From Pseudomonadota bacterium (GTDB taxonomy: Bacteria; Myxococcota; JACRCW01; JAFGSX01): 35,302 nt of DNA. The notes under the pieces were generated by a model. The model saw only the letters and a list, made by a program, of their open reading frames with translations. It did no database searches and was not told the origin of the DNA. How positions within the stretch are numbered: position 1 is the stretch's first letter; the number at the start of each line of letters is the position of its first letter. The position numbers and the translations under genes were made by a program. The stretch spans positions 1 to 35,302 of the forward strand of contig JBDRCO010000090.1 in assembly GCA_043821645.1 (NCBI GenBank). Reading direction: 5' to 3'. Below, in pieces: positions 1 to 9,268 of this stretch.

Positions 1-1788
1 TGCGTGGGCCTGCCCAACACCGTGTGCGAGGACCAGGGCGACGGCAGCCACCTGTGCCTCTGCGGCAGTGTGGGTGCCTGCGATGGCAGCCAGGCCTGCG
101 TGCTCGACGAGACCACGGATGCCGGCACGGGTCTGCGCTGCTGTCCCGCGGGTGAGCGCAACTGCGGCGGCACCTGCGTCGATGCCCTGAGTGACGGTCA
201 GAACTGCGGCGCCTGCGGCACCGTGTGCTCGGGTCTGGGCGGCTCGGCCTGCGTGCAGGGACACTGCGGCTGCGATCCAGGCGCGGACGCGGGTGGCGTC
301 TGTCCGGCCCCCACCGGCTCCAACCCGCCGGCGGTGAGCTGCGAGTCCGTGGACGGGGGCACGGCCGGGCGTTGCGCCTATACCTGCACTCCACCGCAGG
401 CGAGCTGCGACCAGAACGTGCTCGACTGCGAGGTCAACACAGCCACCAGCGAACAGCACTGTGGTTCGTGCGAAAACCCCGCACGGGTTACGACGATCGT
501 CGATAGCATCACATTGGTGCTCGCCAATCGCTGCGTGGGCGGTGTCCCCGTGTGTGGCGTGGACCCGGCCTGCAATGGCACCAGCGAGGAATGCTACGAG
601 CCCGCGGGGGTGGGCGATGTGAATGCCAGCTGCGTCAATTGCTACAGCGCCGCGTCCCCGCTTTGTGTCACGAAGATGTGCTGCCACGGCCTGTGCATCG
701 ACGCTACGGCAGAAAACAAGAACCAGTATTGCGGCTGCGACCCCAGACCCGACGGCGCCGGCAATGGCACGGACTGCCGGGACTACACGGTGGCCACCAG
801 CGACAGCCAGCGCCACGGCAAGGTCTGCGTCGGCAGCAACGGCCTCGCGGTCTCTCGCTTCGGCCTGTCGGCGGGCACCTGCGGCTGCAACACTAGCGGC
901 GACACGCAGTGCGGCAGCGCTGACTACACCAGCGGTGGGCTTGGTTCGGCCACCAGCCTGGTCGGCCTGTGTGACACCTCGACTCACCAGTGCCAGGCCC
1001 AGAGCGTCGACGCCTGTGGCATGGTGGACGGCGTGGTCAGCGCTGGCGGCACCCAGGTCGCCACCGCGAGCTGCAACCCCTACCTGGGCGGCCTGCTGTG
1101 CGAGGACAACGACAGCCCGATCGGCTTTGGTGAATGCGGCTGCTCGACCCACATTGGTGACGCCGACACAGCCTGCGCCACCCCCATCAGCGGCACCGAC
1201 GGGCGTCTTCACGCGGTGGCGGATACCTGCGGTTCAGGTGATGCCTGCGCGTGCCAGTCCGCAAGTGCGGCGTGCGATCCTGATGGAACCACCCCGGACT
1301 GCTGCTCGACGGGGGGCTGCAAGAACCTGGCGACGGATGCGAACAACTGCGGGTCCTGCGGCGCCAGGTGCGAGAGCTGCGACCTTGTTCCGACCTCGTG
1401 CTCGGACCAGGCCTGCGGCGTCAGCGCCCAGGGCCTGGCGCCCGGTCAGTGCGCGTGCAATGTAGGCACGGATGAGCCGTGCGCCCCAAACGGCATAGGT
1501 GGTGGGAGGGAGTGCATCGCCGGCAAGTGCGTGTGCCCGGATGCGTCCAACACCCCGTGTCCGATTGGCTCGTTCTGCCTGGCCGGTACTGTGGCGACGG
1601 GGCATGGTCGCGGCTGCTGCGACCGCATGGCCACCACTGGCCCCAACCGCTGTCCGCAGGCGCCAGGCACCTGTTCCGGCGGCACACCTGTGCTGTGTGT
1701 GAACACCGCAGTCGGCGGCACCAAGTTCATCTGCTGCCCCGCCGGCAGCCCCTGCGGCATCAGCGGTAGCAATGTGAGCTGCAACTGA
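1..1788 (+). CDS. Cys-rich secreted protein with STIG1/MXAN_6577-like repeats (5' truncated)
   Basis: Frame is open from base 1. Recurring CxDxxxDxxNCGxCGxxC-type units (CVDALSDGQNCGACGTVC, CEVNTATSEQHCGSC, CKNLATDANNCGSCGARC) typical of myxobacterial Cys-rich exoproteins. TGA at 1786-1788. Confidence 0.8.
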   Translation, partial: CVGLPNTVCEDQGDGSHLCLCGSVGACDGSQACVLDETTDAGTGLRCCPAGERNCGGTCVDALSDGQNCGACGTVCSGLGGSACVQGHCGCDPGADAGGVCPAPTGSNPPAVSCESVDGGTAGRCAYTCTPPQASCDQNVLDCEVNTATSEQHCGSCENPARVTTIVDSITLVLANRCVGGVPVCGVDPACNGTSEECYEPAGVGDVNASCVNCYSAASPLCVTKMCCHGLCIDATAENKNQYCGCDPRPDGAGNGTDCRDYTVATSDSQRHGKVCVGSNGLAVSRFGLSAGTCGCNTSGDTQCGSADYTSGGLGSATSLVGLCDTSTHQCQAQSVDACGMVDGVVSAGGTQVATASCNPYLGGLLCEDNDSPIGFGECGCSTHIGDADTACATPISGTDGRLHAVADTCGSGDACACQSASAACDPDGTTPDCCSTGGCKNLATDANNCGSCGARCESCDLVPTSCSDQACGVSAQGLAPGQCACNVGTDEPCAPNGIGGGRECIAGKCVCPDASNTPCPIGSFCLAGTVATGHGRGCCDRMATTGPNRCPQAPGTCSGGTPVLCVNTAVGGTKFICCPAGSPCGISGSNVSCN

Positions 1789-1808
1789 TGCAGCCGTGAC
1801 GACGTAAA

Positions 1809-1837
1809 ACCACCCCCCCGCAGGCGGGGGAAGTGGT
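1809..1837 (+). terminator. Possible hairpin after the Cys-rich gene
   Basis: CCCCCG-CAGG-CGGGGG stem-loop flanked by ACCAC/GTGGT, about 20 nt after the stop. No U-tract on the + strand. Confidence 0.3.
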
Positions 1838-2003
1838 CGCGAGCCGTCCGCAGGGGGGAGCCTGCCGTGCACCAGAATTCCGCAGCATCAGCCGCCGCCA
1901 GTCTGGCGATCTCGGTCATGCTCACGCGGCCTGCGCCGTGACATCACGTGCGACGAGCGCCATCTGTGGTGAAGAACCGGGAAGCGCTCGATGGTCGAGC
2001 CCG

Positions 2004-3503
2004 ATGCCCGGCCGGTCTGTCACGGCCAGCCTTCTCTTTCTCGTTCTCACATCCTGTCCTGATCCGGTATCGCTCGACGCGGACAGCGCAGTGCGTGATG
2101 CCGATGGCAGCTCGCGCGACGCCCGGATGCGGGACGTGCCATTGCCAGACCTGTCCGGGGACCACCACGATGCATCCGGGCATGTCACCGGAGACAGGGC
2201 TCCGGGCGATGCTCATGCCACGGCACGAGATGCGGGGCTGGAAGATCGCCAGGGAGACGAGGCGAGGCCTGGCCCGGTGATGACCATCTATGGGTTCGAG
2301 GCCGATCGGGAGGTGCTGGGGCCCGAGGGCGGCGACGTGCGCCTGCGCTTCAGCGTCATCCGGGCCACGCATCTGCGCGTGGTGTGCGAGCAGGACGGCC
2401 ACACGGTGTGTGACGGAACGGGGCCCTGCGAGGTGGTCTCGACCCTCACCGAGGGCGAGGTGATGGTCCAGCCTGCATTCGAGAAGACCAGCTATCGCCT
2501 CGAAGCCAGCGATGGAGTCTCGACCCAGTTCGCGCGCGTGGAGCTGACGCTGCGTCGGCCGACCTTCCCCGACTGGCCCTACAACGAGATCTCGTTGTGG
2601 ATCTTGAGCCATCGACCCCTTGCACCGCCGTTCACCTTCGCCGTCATCAACGACTCACAGCCGGCGACCGACTGCCCCGTCGCCGAGCGTCCGGACTATG
2701 TGCAGATGCGCGAGCGCATCGCCGAGCTGGCCCCGGACTTCGTGATGTCCATAGGTGACGTCGTCATCTACGGGCAAGCCTGCGAGTGGGAGCCCTACGT
2801 CGCCAACACGCTTCACCGCTTTGTCGACGAGATGGGCATCCCCTGGATCACCGCTCCCGGCAATCACGAGCTAATCAACCACGCTGGACCCGAGAACTTT
2901 GCACGCTTCGCAGGGGCCGAGGACTTCTGGTTCGATGTGGCAGGCCTGCGCGTCATATCTCTCAATGCCTACCATCGGCTCGATCCAGAGGTCTGGCTGG
3001 TCGACGAGGATCAGCTCGCGTTTTTAGAAAACCGCATCGCGACCTCCGTCGACGAGGGCATTCACGACGTGGTCCTCGCCATGCACTACCCGCCGTACAC
3101 ACCCACGCAGGCGGGTTCGTGCGGCCACTTCCTGCTCAACCAGTACGAGGGCCATTTCTTTGACCAGCGCAGCGCCTACCGAGGCTCCGGCGAGGTGCTT
3201 CAGCTCCTCGAGACACACGCACCCCCCGTCTCCCTGGGGCTGTTCGGTCACGTGCATGTCTTTGGACACTACGAGCGCAGCGGCGTGCACCACGTGGTGA
3301 GCGGCGGTGGGGGCGCGCACTTCTGTGCCGCAGGCGAGTACGATGCCCGCGATGATCCCGACGCCACTTTGCCATTTCGCGATGGTATCTTTCACCACTT
3401 CCTGCTGGTCACGGTGCGAAGCAGTGGTGGTGGGGATATCGCGGTGCAGGTGTTCCGGGCCGGAGAGTCTGACCCTGTCGACGGATACTCCTTCGAGCTG
3501 TGA
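2004..3503 (+). CDS. Calcineurin-like metallophosphoesterase, predicted lipoprotein
   Basis: ATG 2004 gives MPGRSVTASLLFLVLTSC (lipobox-like), then an Asp-rich linker. Metallophos motifs in order: DSQ, GDVV, PGNHE, MH, GHVH, SGGGG. Confidence 0.85.
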   Translation: MPGRSVTASLLFLVLTSCPDPVSLDADSAVRDADGSSRDARMRDVPLPDLSGDHHDASGHVTGDRAPGDAHATARDAGLEDRQGDEARPGPVMTIYGFEADREVLGPEGGDVRLRFSVIRATHLRVVCEQDGHTVCDGTGPCEVVSTLTEGEVMVQPAFEKTSYRLEASDGVSTQFARVELTLRRPTFPDWPYNEISLWILSHRPLAPPFTFAVINDSQPATDCPVAERPDYVQMRERIAELAPDFVMSIGDVVIYGQACEWEPYVANTLHRFVDEMGIPWITAPGNHELINHAGPENFARFAGAEDFWFDVAGLRVISLNAYHRLDPEVWLVDEDQLAFLENRIATSVDEGIHDVVLAMHYPPYTPTQAGSCGHFLLNQYEGHFFDQRSAYRGSGEVLQLLETHAPPVSLGLFGHVHVFGHYERSGVHHVVSGGGGAHFCAAGEYDARDDPDATLPFRDGIFHHFLLVTVRSSGGGDIAVQVFRAGESDPVDGYSFEL

Positions 3504-3702
3504 CCTCCCCGGGGGCGCGCTGTCACGTGTCAGCCTGGCCTGTCGCCGCGCGTCTGTCCCCGGGTGACGCCTGCAAATCGGCATCGCGTCAACCGCCACC
3601 GAGCATCTGTAAAAAACACCTGTCTGGTGGCACAATGCCCCGGGTTCGCGTGGCGAGCGCCTTGCCTCCTTGTGCCTCACGCGACGTCGAGAGGAGTCTC
3701 AT

Positions 3703-4302
3703 GTGAACTGGCGACTGGTGCTGCGCGCCGTGCTCCATCTGGCCCCTGGGTTCTATCTCCTGCTCGTCGTCAGCGGCGCCATCTCGCTGGTGGGTGCCAG
3801 ACCGTCGTCCGAGACACCCGTCATCGCGGTTACTCCCGGCGACCAGCCTCGCGACGGCAACCTGGCTTCGTTCCGGGCGGGGGCGCGCGTTCGCGCGAGC
3901 AGCACCGCGTGGCGCAGTGACCACTACCCGCTGTACCTCATCGACGAGGAACAGCAGCCCTCGCTGGGCGAGAAGTGGATGCCGAGCCCGGACGACAACG
4001 CGCGCTGGGTGGAGGTACTGCTCGCCCGCCCGGCGGACCTGCGTCGCCTCGAGCTGGACCTCGCCAGCGCCCTGGAAAGGCCCGAGGACGGGCCGCGGGC
4101 GGTCACGGTGAGCTGCCAGGCCGCGGGGCGACAGGTGCTGCAGCAGCGCCTCGCTGTCGAGGACAACCGGGTGCGCGCCCCTCTGACCTGCCCCGGCACG
4201 GATGTCGTACGCCTGACCTTCGACGGCGGAACGGTTCGCGTGTACGAGATCCGCCTGTTTGACCGCAGCAGCGCGAGCACGCAGCCCGGGGTGACCAGGT
4301 GA
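3703..4302 (+). CDS. Membrane-anchored protein with discoidin/F5-8 type C (galactose-binding-like) domain
   Basis: GAGGAG at 3691-3696 and GTG at 3703. N-terminal hydrophobic helix, then ASS..P..LID..W....WVEV.L...VYEIRLF pattern. Stop overlaps the next start (GTGA). Confidence 0.65.
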   Translation: MNWRLVLRAVLHLAPGFYLLLVVSGAISLVGARPSSETPVIAVTPGDQPRDGNLASFRAGARVRASSTAWRSDHYPLYLIDEEQQPSLGEKWMPSPDDNARWVEVLLARPADLRRLELDLASALERPEDGPRAVTVSCQAAGRQVLQQRLAVEDNRVRAPLTCPGTDVVRLTFDGGTVRVYEIRLFDRSSASTQPGVTR

Positions 4303-5732
4303 CGGACCGCGACGCGTCCCGGCGCGAGCTGTGGCTGGCCATCCTGATCGGGGTGCTCGGGTGCGTGGTGCGCGGCTACTACTACCTACGTCTGGGCGGA
4401 CAGCTGCATCCCGACGAGATCTTCCAGTACATCGAACCCGCGCACTGGAAGATCCACGGCTACGGACATCTGGCCTGGGAGTTCGAGAAGGGCGCGCGCA
4501 ACTACGCCCTGAGTGGCCTGTACAGCCACTTCCTGCGCATCGGTGCCTGGCTCGACATGGGCCGCTACGAGCTTCATCGCGCCATCTGGTGCTTCGACGC
4601 CACGCTGACCCTGTTCCTGATCCCCGCGGGCTGGCGCCTGGGGCAGGTGCTGGCACCGTCCCGTCGTCACCTGGCTTGGACCCTGGCCTTGCTGGGGGCC
4701 GTGTTCCCCGTGTTCGGCTACTTCTCGGTGCACACCCTGAGCGAGCTGCACGCCCTGGTGCTCGCGACCTGGGGGCACGTGCTGTGGCTGGACCTGGTGC
4801 AAGAGCGGGAAGCACGGCGCGGTCGTCAACTGGCGCTGTCCGCGGGCCTGCTGTTCGGGCTCGCATTCATCATCCGCTACGCCTGCGCGATCCTCGTCCT
4901 GGTCGCGGCCTTCGACGTGTTGCGGTCACCGCGTCGACGTCACCTGCTGTGGTTTGGCCTGGCGGCGGCAGCGCCCTTCGTGTTCATCGGGCTGGTGGAC
5001 TGGGCCGAGTGGGGCCGGCCCTTCGGATCCTTCTACGAGTACATCCGGGTCAACGTGGGTGAGAAGTACGCGCAGCGGCACGGCGTCGAGCCCTGGATTT
5101 TTTACCTCGTGCAACTGCGCGACACCTTCGGCTGGTCTGCGATTCCCGTCGTGGCGGGCGTGCTGGTGAGTGTGGTCACGCGCCCGCGACTGACCCTGGC
5201 CTGGCTCGTGCCACTCGCGGGCTACAGCCTGTTCGCCCACAAGGAGCTGCGCTTCATCATCCCCGTGCTGCCGCTGATCCTGGCGGCCGCCGTGGTGGGC
5301 CTCGACGACCTGGCGGCGTGGCGAGCACGGATCGCGTCCTCGCGGGTCGAGTGGCGCTGGCACACGCTGGCCGGCGCGGGCCTGCTCACGTGGATGCTGG
5401 CGAGCGTGTTTATCTCGGTGCAGGGCTGGTCCACGGGTAAGGAGCGCGGCTACTTCGTGGCGCAGGATCACGTGGGCGAGCAGGACGAGGCCAGCGGCCT
5501 GATGGTCGGTACCACGCGCTTCTACATCGGTGGCTACACCCTGACCCACCGCAACATCCCCTGGGTGTTCTTCAAGGTCGAGCTGCTGGACCATCCCCTG
5601 TTCAACTACGTGGCGGTGTCAGGCGATTTCGAGATCAACATCATGCAGCGTCGGCAGGACTTCGCCCTCGTCGAGGAGATCGAGGGGGTGTTCCTGTTCA
5701 GGCGCAAGACCCCGGGATCGTTTCTGCAGTAG
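4299..5732 (+). CDS. GT22 (Alg9/PIG-B-like) polytopic mannosyltransferase, GT-C fold
   Basis: HPDEIFQYIEPAH..GYG.LAWEF near the N-terminus and HKELRFIIP motif, both family hallmarks. Many TM helices. Confidence 0.85.
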   Translation: MTDRDASRRELWLAILIGVLGCVVRGYYYLRLGGQLHPDEIFQYIEPAHWKIHGYGHLAWEFEKGARNYALSGLYSHFLRIGAWLDMGRYELHRAIWCFDATLTLFLIPAGWRLGQVLAPSRRHLAWTLALLGAVFPVFGYFSVHTLSELHALVLATWGHVLWLDLVQEREARRGRQLALSAGLLFGLAFIIRYACAILVLVAAFDVLRSPRRRHLLWFGLAAAAPFVFIGLVDWAEWGRPFGSFYEYIRVNVGEKYAQRHGVEPWIFYLVQLRDTFGWSAIPVVAGVLVSVVTRPRLTLAWLVPLAGYSLFAHKELRFIIPVLPLILAAAVVGLDDLAAWRARIASSRVEWRWHTLAGAGLLTWMLASVFISVQGWSTGKERGYFVAQDHVGEQDEASGLMVGTTRFYIGGYTLTHRNIPWVFFKVELLDHPLFNYVAVSGDFEINIMQRRQDFALVEEIEGVFLFRRKTPGSFLQ

Positions 5733-6032
5733 AAGTGATGCCGCACTGAGCTCGAGATCTCCCTGACCGTGGCACGCATCGTACTCCGGCCGCGAACACG
5801 CAGTCTTTTCTTGCGCCCTGTCTTGTGCGATATCGCATCAGGACCGGGGAGACCTTTCAGTGAGCAGGATCGTCAGCCAGAGCCCGTCGCGTGCTGCGAT
5901 GACCGGAGCATCTTCCCGGGTTCGTCGCTGTGCACCGGGGTCTGCTGCACAATGCACCAGGGTGTCGCAAAACGCGTCGCAGCCTGACCGGTCCAACTTC
6001 TCTAACCCAAAGAATTTAATGGAAAATATAGA

Positions 6033-6049
6033 TTGGCCAGGGTCTTGCT
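6033..6049 (+). promoter_or_regulatory. Candidate sigma54 -24/-12 promoter
   Basis: TTGGCCAGGGTCTTGCT has GG-N10-GC spacing. It is preceded by an AT-rich tract (about 5997-6032) and lies 41 nt before ATG 6090. Confidence 0.6.
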
Positions 6050-6089
6050 CCGCAACCCCGAGAAACCTGCGAGCAGAGGAGCTCCCGTC

Positions 6090-9000
6090 ATGAAGCGCAT
6101 CGCCGTCGCCACCCTGTTGCTGGTGTCCTGCCTGGCCTGTGAGCCGCCCGTGCCGCCAGGCAGAGGCTGCAGCGATGACACGGATTGTTCTGCGGATCAG
6201 CGCTGCGATCTGAACAGCGCGCTCTGCGTACCCCTGGACAGTGGGCAGCGGGTGGATGCCGCCCCGGTCGATGCCCAGGAGCTGGACGCTGGCGCCCTCA
6301 CAGATCGTGCGACCGCGGACCACGGGGCCCGTGACGGTGCGGATCTCGATGCCGCGCTGGCCGAGCACAGTGCGAGCGACAGCCGTGAAGCCGACGGTCA
6401 CGTGCAGGATGGTGGTGGCGACTCCGGGCCGGGCCTCGACACCAGCTCGAGTATGGACACCGGTTCGGGTCTGGACACCAGCCCGGGTGTCGACGGGACG
6501 TTGGGCCACCACGCCAACGCGGGGCCAGACCAGCAGGTGCCTCGCAACACCCGCGTTTACCTGAGCGCAGCGGGCAGCGTGCTACCGCAGGGGGCGAGCA
6601 TCGAATACGCGTGGACCCTCGATGTGGCCCCTGCCAACTCGGGCGCCATCCTCATCGACACCGATCAATCCACCTGCTCCTTCGTGGCCGGCGACGCGCA
6701 CGGCCACTACGAGGTCGCGCTCGAGATCACCGTGGACGGCACGCCGCTCCCCGCGGACAGAGTGGTGGTGGATGTGCTCAACACCGTACCCGTGGCCAGC
6801 GCGGGCAGCGACCTGGGTGTCTACCAGGGGGGCTCGGTCGCGCTCGATGGCAGCGCATCGTACGACGACGATGGCGACGACCTGACCTTCACCTGGGAGA
6901 TCGTGCAGGGCAGCGGCGGCAGCTTCGACGACAGCGGCAGTGCCACCCCGACCTTGACCCCGGACAGCGGCTTTACTGGCAGCCTGACCCTTCGCCTCAC
7001 CGTCGACGACGGCCACGGTGGTGTCCACTCCGACGAGGTGGACGTGGTCGTGTCCGCCAACCTGCCGCCGCACATCGATCCCCTGGTCGACCTGACGGTG
7101 CCTCACAGCTGTGGCGGCACGCCGCTGCGCTGTGGCGCCCAGGCGGACCTGAACGCGACCGTCACCGAACCCGAAGGCGAGGGCTACACGGTGTTGTGGG
7201 AGCTGGTGGGGTGTCCCGGGGGTGACGCCGTGGCCGGCGCGTGCCCGGATCAGGGCCCGATTGCAGGTCCCGTGCCTTCGTTCGGTGACCCCGCCCTGGC
7301 GAGCACGACCCTTGCCCTCGACGAGGATCCGGGCGTGCGCATCGCCGGGCTTTACACGCTGCGAATCACGGCCACCGATGCCGGGGGCCGCAGCGCGACG
7401 GCCAGCGTTCATGTCACTGTTCAGAACCAGCAGCCCGTGGGTCAGGGCAGCACGGCCAGCGCGCCGCACAGCTACGCCGGTGGGATCTACGTGTGCCAGG
7501 TCGAATTCACCTATGCCCTCGACGACGATGATGGAGATCCCCTGCAGGTCGCCTACCTGGTTTCACCCCAGGCAGGCTTCGTGACGCCCGGACCGACCAA
7601 TACCGCAACCTTCGGGGTGAGCGGCGCGACGCCGTCCCCGGGACTCCTCGGCCCCTACACCATCACCGTCACGGCGACAGATGGGCAAGGCGGCAGCACC
7701 CAGTTCATCCAGACAGTGAGCTGCACCAACAGCGCTCCCTCGGTCGGCAGCATCACCGATGCGACGCCTGCTGGTCACTTCTATCGCTCGACCGGCAGCG
7801 TGTACGGCAGCAACGTCGCGCTGTCAGCCAGCGTCGACGACGTCGAGGACGACCCCGTCACCTGCACCTGGTCCGTGCCTGCGCCGGTGTCGGCGGTGAG
7901 CTACGGCAACATGCCGCAGGCCCTCAGCCCCATCGTCGTTCTGCCGGGTACGGCAGCCCTGACCCGCGAGATCAGCTCCACGGCGGGCACGCAGGTCATC
8001 GCCGAGCACGGCTTCAGACTGTCGTGCAGTGACGGCTTCGGTTCTGACCTTCGCGACGTGAACGTCACCGTGACCAACCGCACGCCCAGCACCAGCGCCG
8101 GCGCCGACATGAGCACGAATCACAGCTACATCGTTGGCACCAACCCCTACCGTGCCTCCGCGGCTCTTGGCTCGCGTGGATCCGGCAACGCCAGCGCCAC
8201 CGATCCGGATGGTGACCCGCTCGTCTACAGCTGGACCCAGACCAGCGCGACGACGGGAAACAACCCCACCGCGAGTGCCACGACCAGCCTGTCTCCGACC
8301 TATTCCTGGTCTGGCGATACGCGTGTGGTTGCCACGCACACCCTGCGCCTGACGGTCACGGATGGGCCCGGCGCCGTGGCCCAGGACTCGATGAATGTGG
8401 TGGTGGGAAACCGGGCGCCAGTGGCGAGCGCAGGTGAAGACATGTCAGCCCATCACGCCTACGTCAGCGCGGCGACGCGCTACGATGTGGGTTTCGATCT
8501 GAACACGCGAACGACCAAGGCCACGGCCACCGACCCGGATGGGGATCCTCTCACCATGGCCTGGAGTCCGGTGACCACTCCCGCTGGCGTCACCTACCTG
8601 TACTCGAACCCGGCGCACTCCAACCCTGTGGTCACCGCGCAGGGAACGACGGCCGTCGTGGGCAATCATGATCTCCGCTTCACGGTGACCGATCCCTTCA
8701 CCAGTTCCTCGAGCGACACGGTTCGTCTCACTGGCCTCAACCGTGCACCTGTCGTGAGCGTCGCGGCATCCATCAGTCCGTCGCCGCTCAATGTCAGCCT
8801 GACCTGCTTGCAGTTCAACCCGCCGGGTCCCGACACGCCGACCTCCTGCGTCGCCGCCATCTCCGCCCTGGCGCCGCAGTCGACCTACGCGACGACGTTC
8901 GTGGACCCCGACGCGGACCCCATCACGGCCATCGTGACCCCCACCATCAATAACAACAACGGCGTCCGCATCGTCGGACACAGCCAGACAGGAACCTCGA

Positions 9001-9248
9001 TCACCGTCAGCAGCGGCTCGGGGGCGCCCCTCGCGATCTCGGCCGATGTCCAGCTGACCTCTCGCACCTTTCAGGACCCCTGCACCGGTTTCAATATGTC
9101 GGGATACTTCGTTGGGCTGGTGCCTGGAAAACCGGCCGGCAACATCACCGAGGTCGACGTGGGAGCAGTCGTCAACGATCCCTTCACTCAGATCACGACC
9201 AGCGTGACCACCTCGGTGTCGGCATCGAACAGGGTCGACTGCAACTGA
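6090..9248 (+). CDS. Large lipoprotein with tandem PKD/Ig-like domains
   Basis: GAGGAG SD and MKRIAVATLLLVSCLAC lipobox. Small Cys knot (CSDDTDCSADQRC), Asp-rich linker, then repeated NxxPxAxAG.D / DPDGDPLxYxW / LTVTD PKD-like units. Confidence 0.85.
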   Translation: MKRIAVATLLLVSCLACEPPVPPGRGCSDDTDCSADQRCDLNSALCVPLDSGQRVDAAPVDAQELDAGALTDRATADHGARDGADLDAALAEHSASDSREADGHVQDGGGDSGPGLDTSSSMDTGSGLDTSPGVDGTLGHHANAGPDQQVPRNTRVYLSAAGSVLPQGASIEYAWTLDVAPANSGAILIDTDQSTCSFVAGDAHGHYEVALEITVDGTPLPADRVVVDVLNTVPVASAGSDLGVYQGGSVALDGSASYDDDGDDLTFTWEIVQGSGGSFDDSGSATPTLTPDSGFTGSLTLRLTVDDGHGGVHSDEVDVVVSANLPPHIDPLVDLTVPHSCGGTPLRCGAQADLNATVTEPEGEGYTVLWELVGCPGGDAVAGACPDQGPIAGPVPSFGDPALASTTLALDEDPGVRIAGLYTLRITATDAGGRSATASVHVTVQNQQPVGQGSTASAPHSYAGGIYVCQVEFTYALDDDDGDPLQVAYLVSPQAGFVTPGPTNTATFGVSGATPSPGLLGPYTITVTATDGQGGSTQFIQTVSCTNSAPSVGSITDATPAGHFYRSTGSVYGSNVALSASVDDVEDDPVTCTWSVPAPVSAVSYGNMPQALSPIVVLPGTAALTREISSTAGTQVIAEHGFRLSCSDGFGSDLRDVNVTVTNRTPSTSAGADMSTNHSYIVGTNPYRASAALGSRGSGNASATDPDGDPLVYSWTQTSATTGNNPTASATTSLSPTYSWSGDTRVVATHTLRLTVTDGPGAVAQDSMNVVVGNRAPVASAGEDMSAHHAYVSAATRYDVGFDLNTRTTKATATDPDGDPLTMAWSPVTTPAGVTYLYSNPAHSNPVVTAQGTTAVVGNHDLRFTVTDPFTSSSSDTVRLTGLNRAPVVSVAASISPSPLNVSLTCLQFNPPGPDTPTSCVAAISALAPQSTYATTFVDPDADPITAIVTPTINNNNGVRIVGHSQTGTSITVSSGSGAPLAISADVQLTSRTFQDPCTGFNMSGYFVGLVPGKPAGNITEVDVGAVVNDPFTQITTSVTTSVSASNRVDCN

Positions 9249-9268
9249 GAGAGGACGGACGGTGGGGC

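Noticed and set aside
1..1788. Multiheme cytochrome interpretation of the Cys-rich proteins
   Set aside because: No repeated CxxCH motifs. The Cys spacing fits disulfide-rich extracellular repeats.
1833..2003. Upstream ORF-track starts (1833, 3670, 6033, 14804, 17814, 23393, 26927, 27303)
   Set aside because: Downstream starts better fit SD sites, signal peptides or family N-termini, and avoid gene overlaps.
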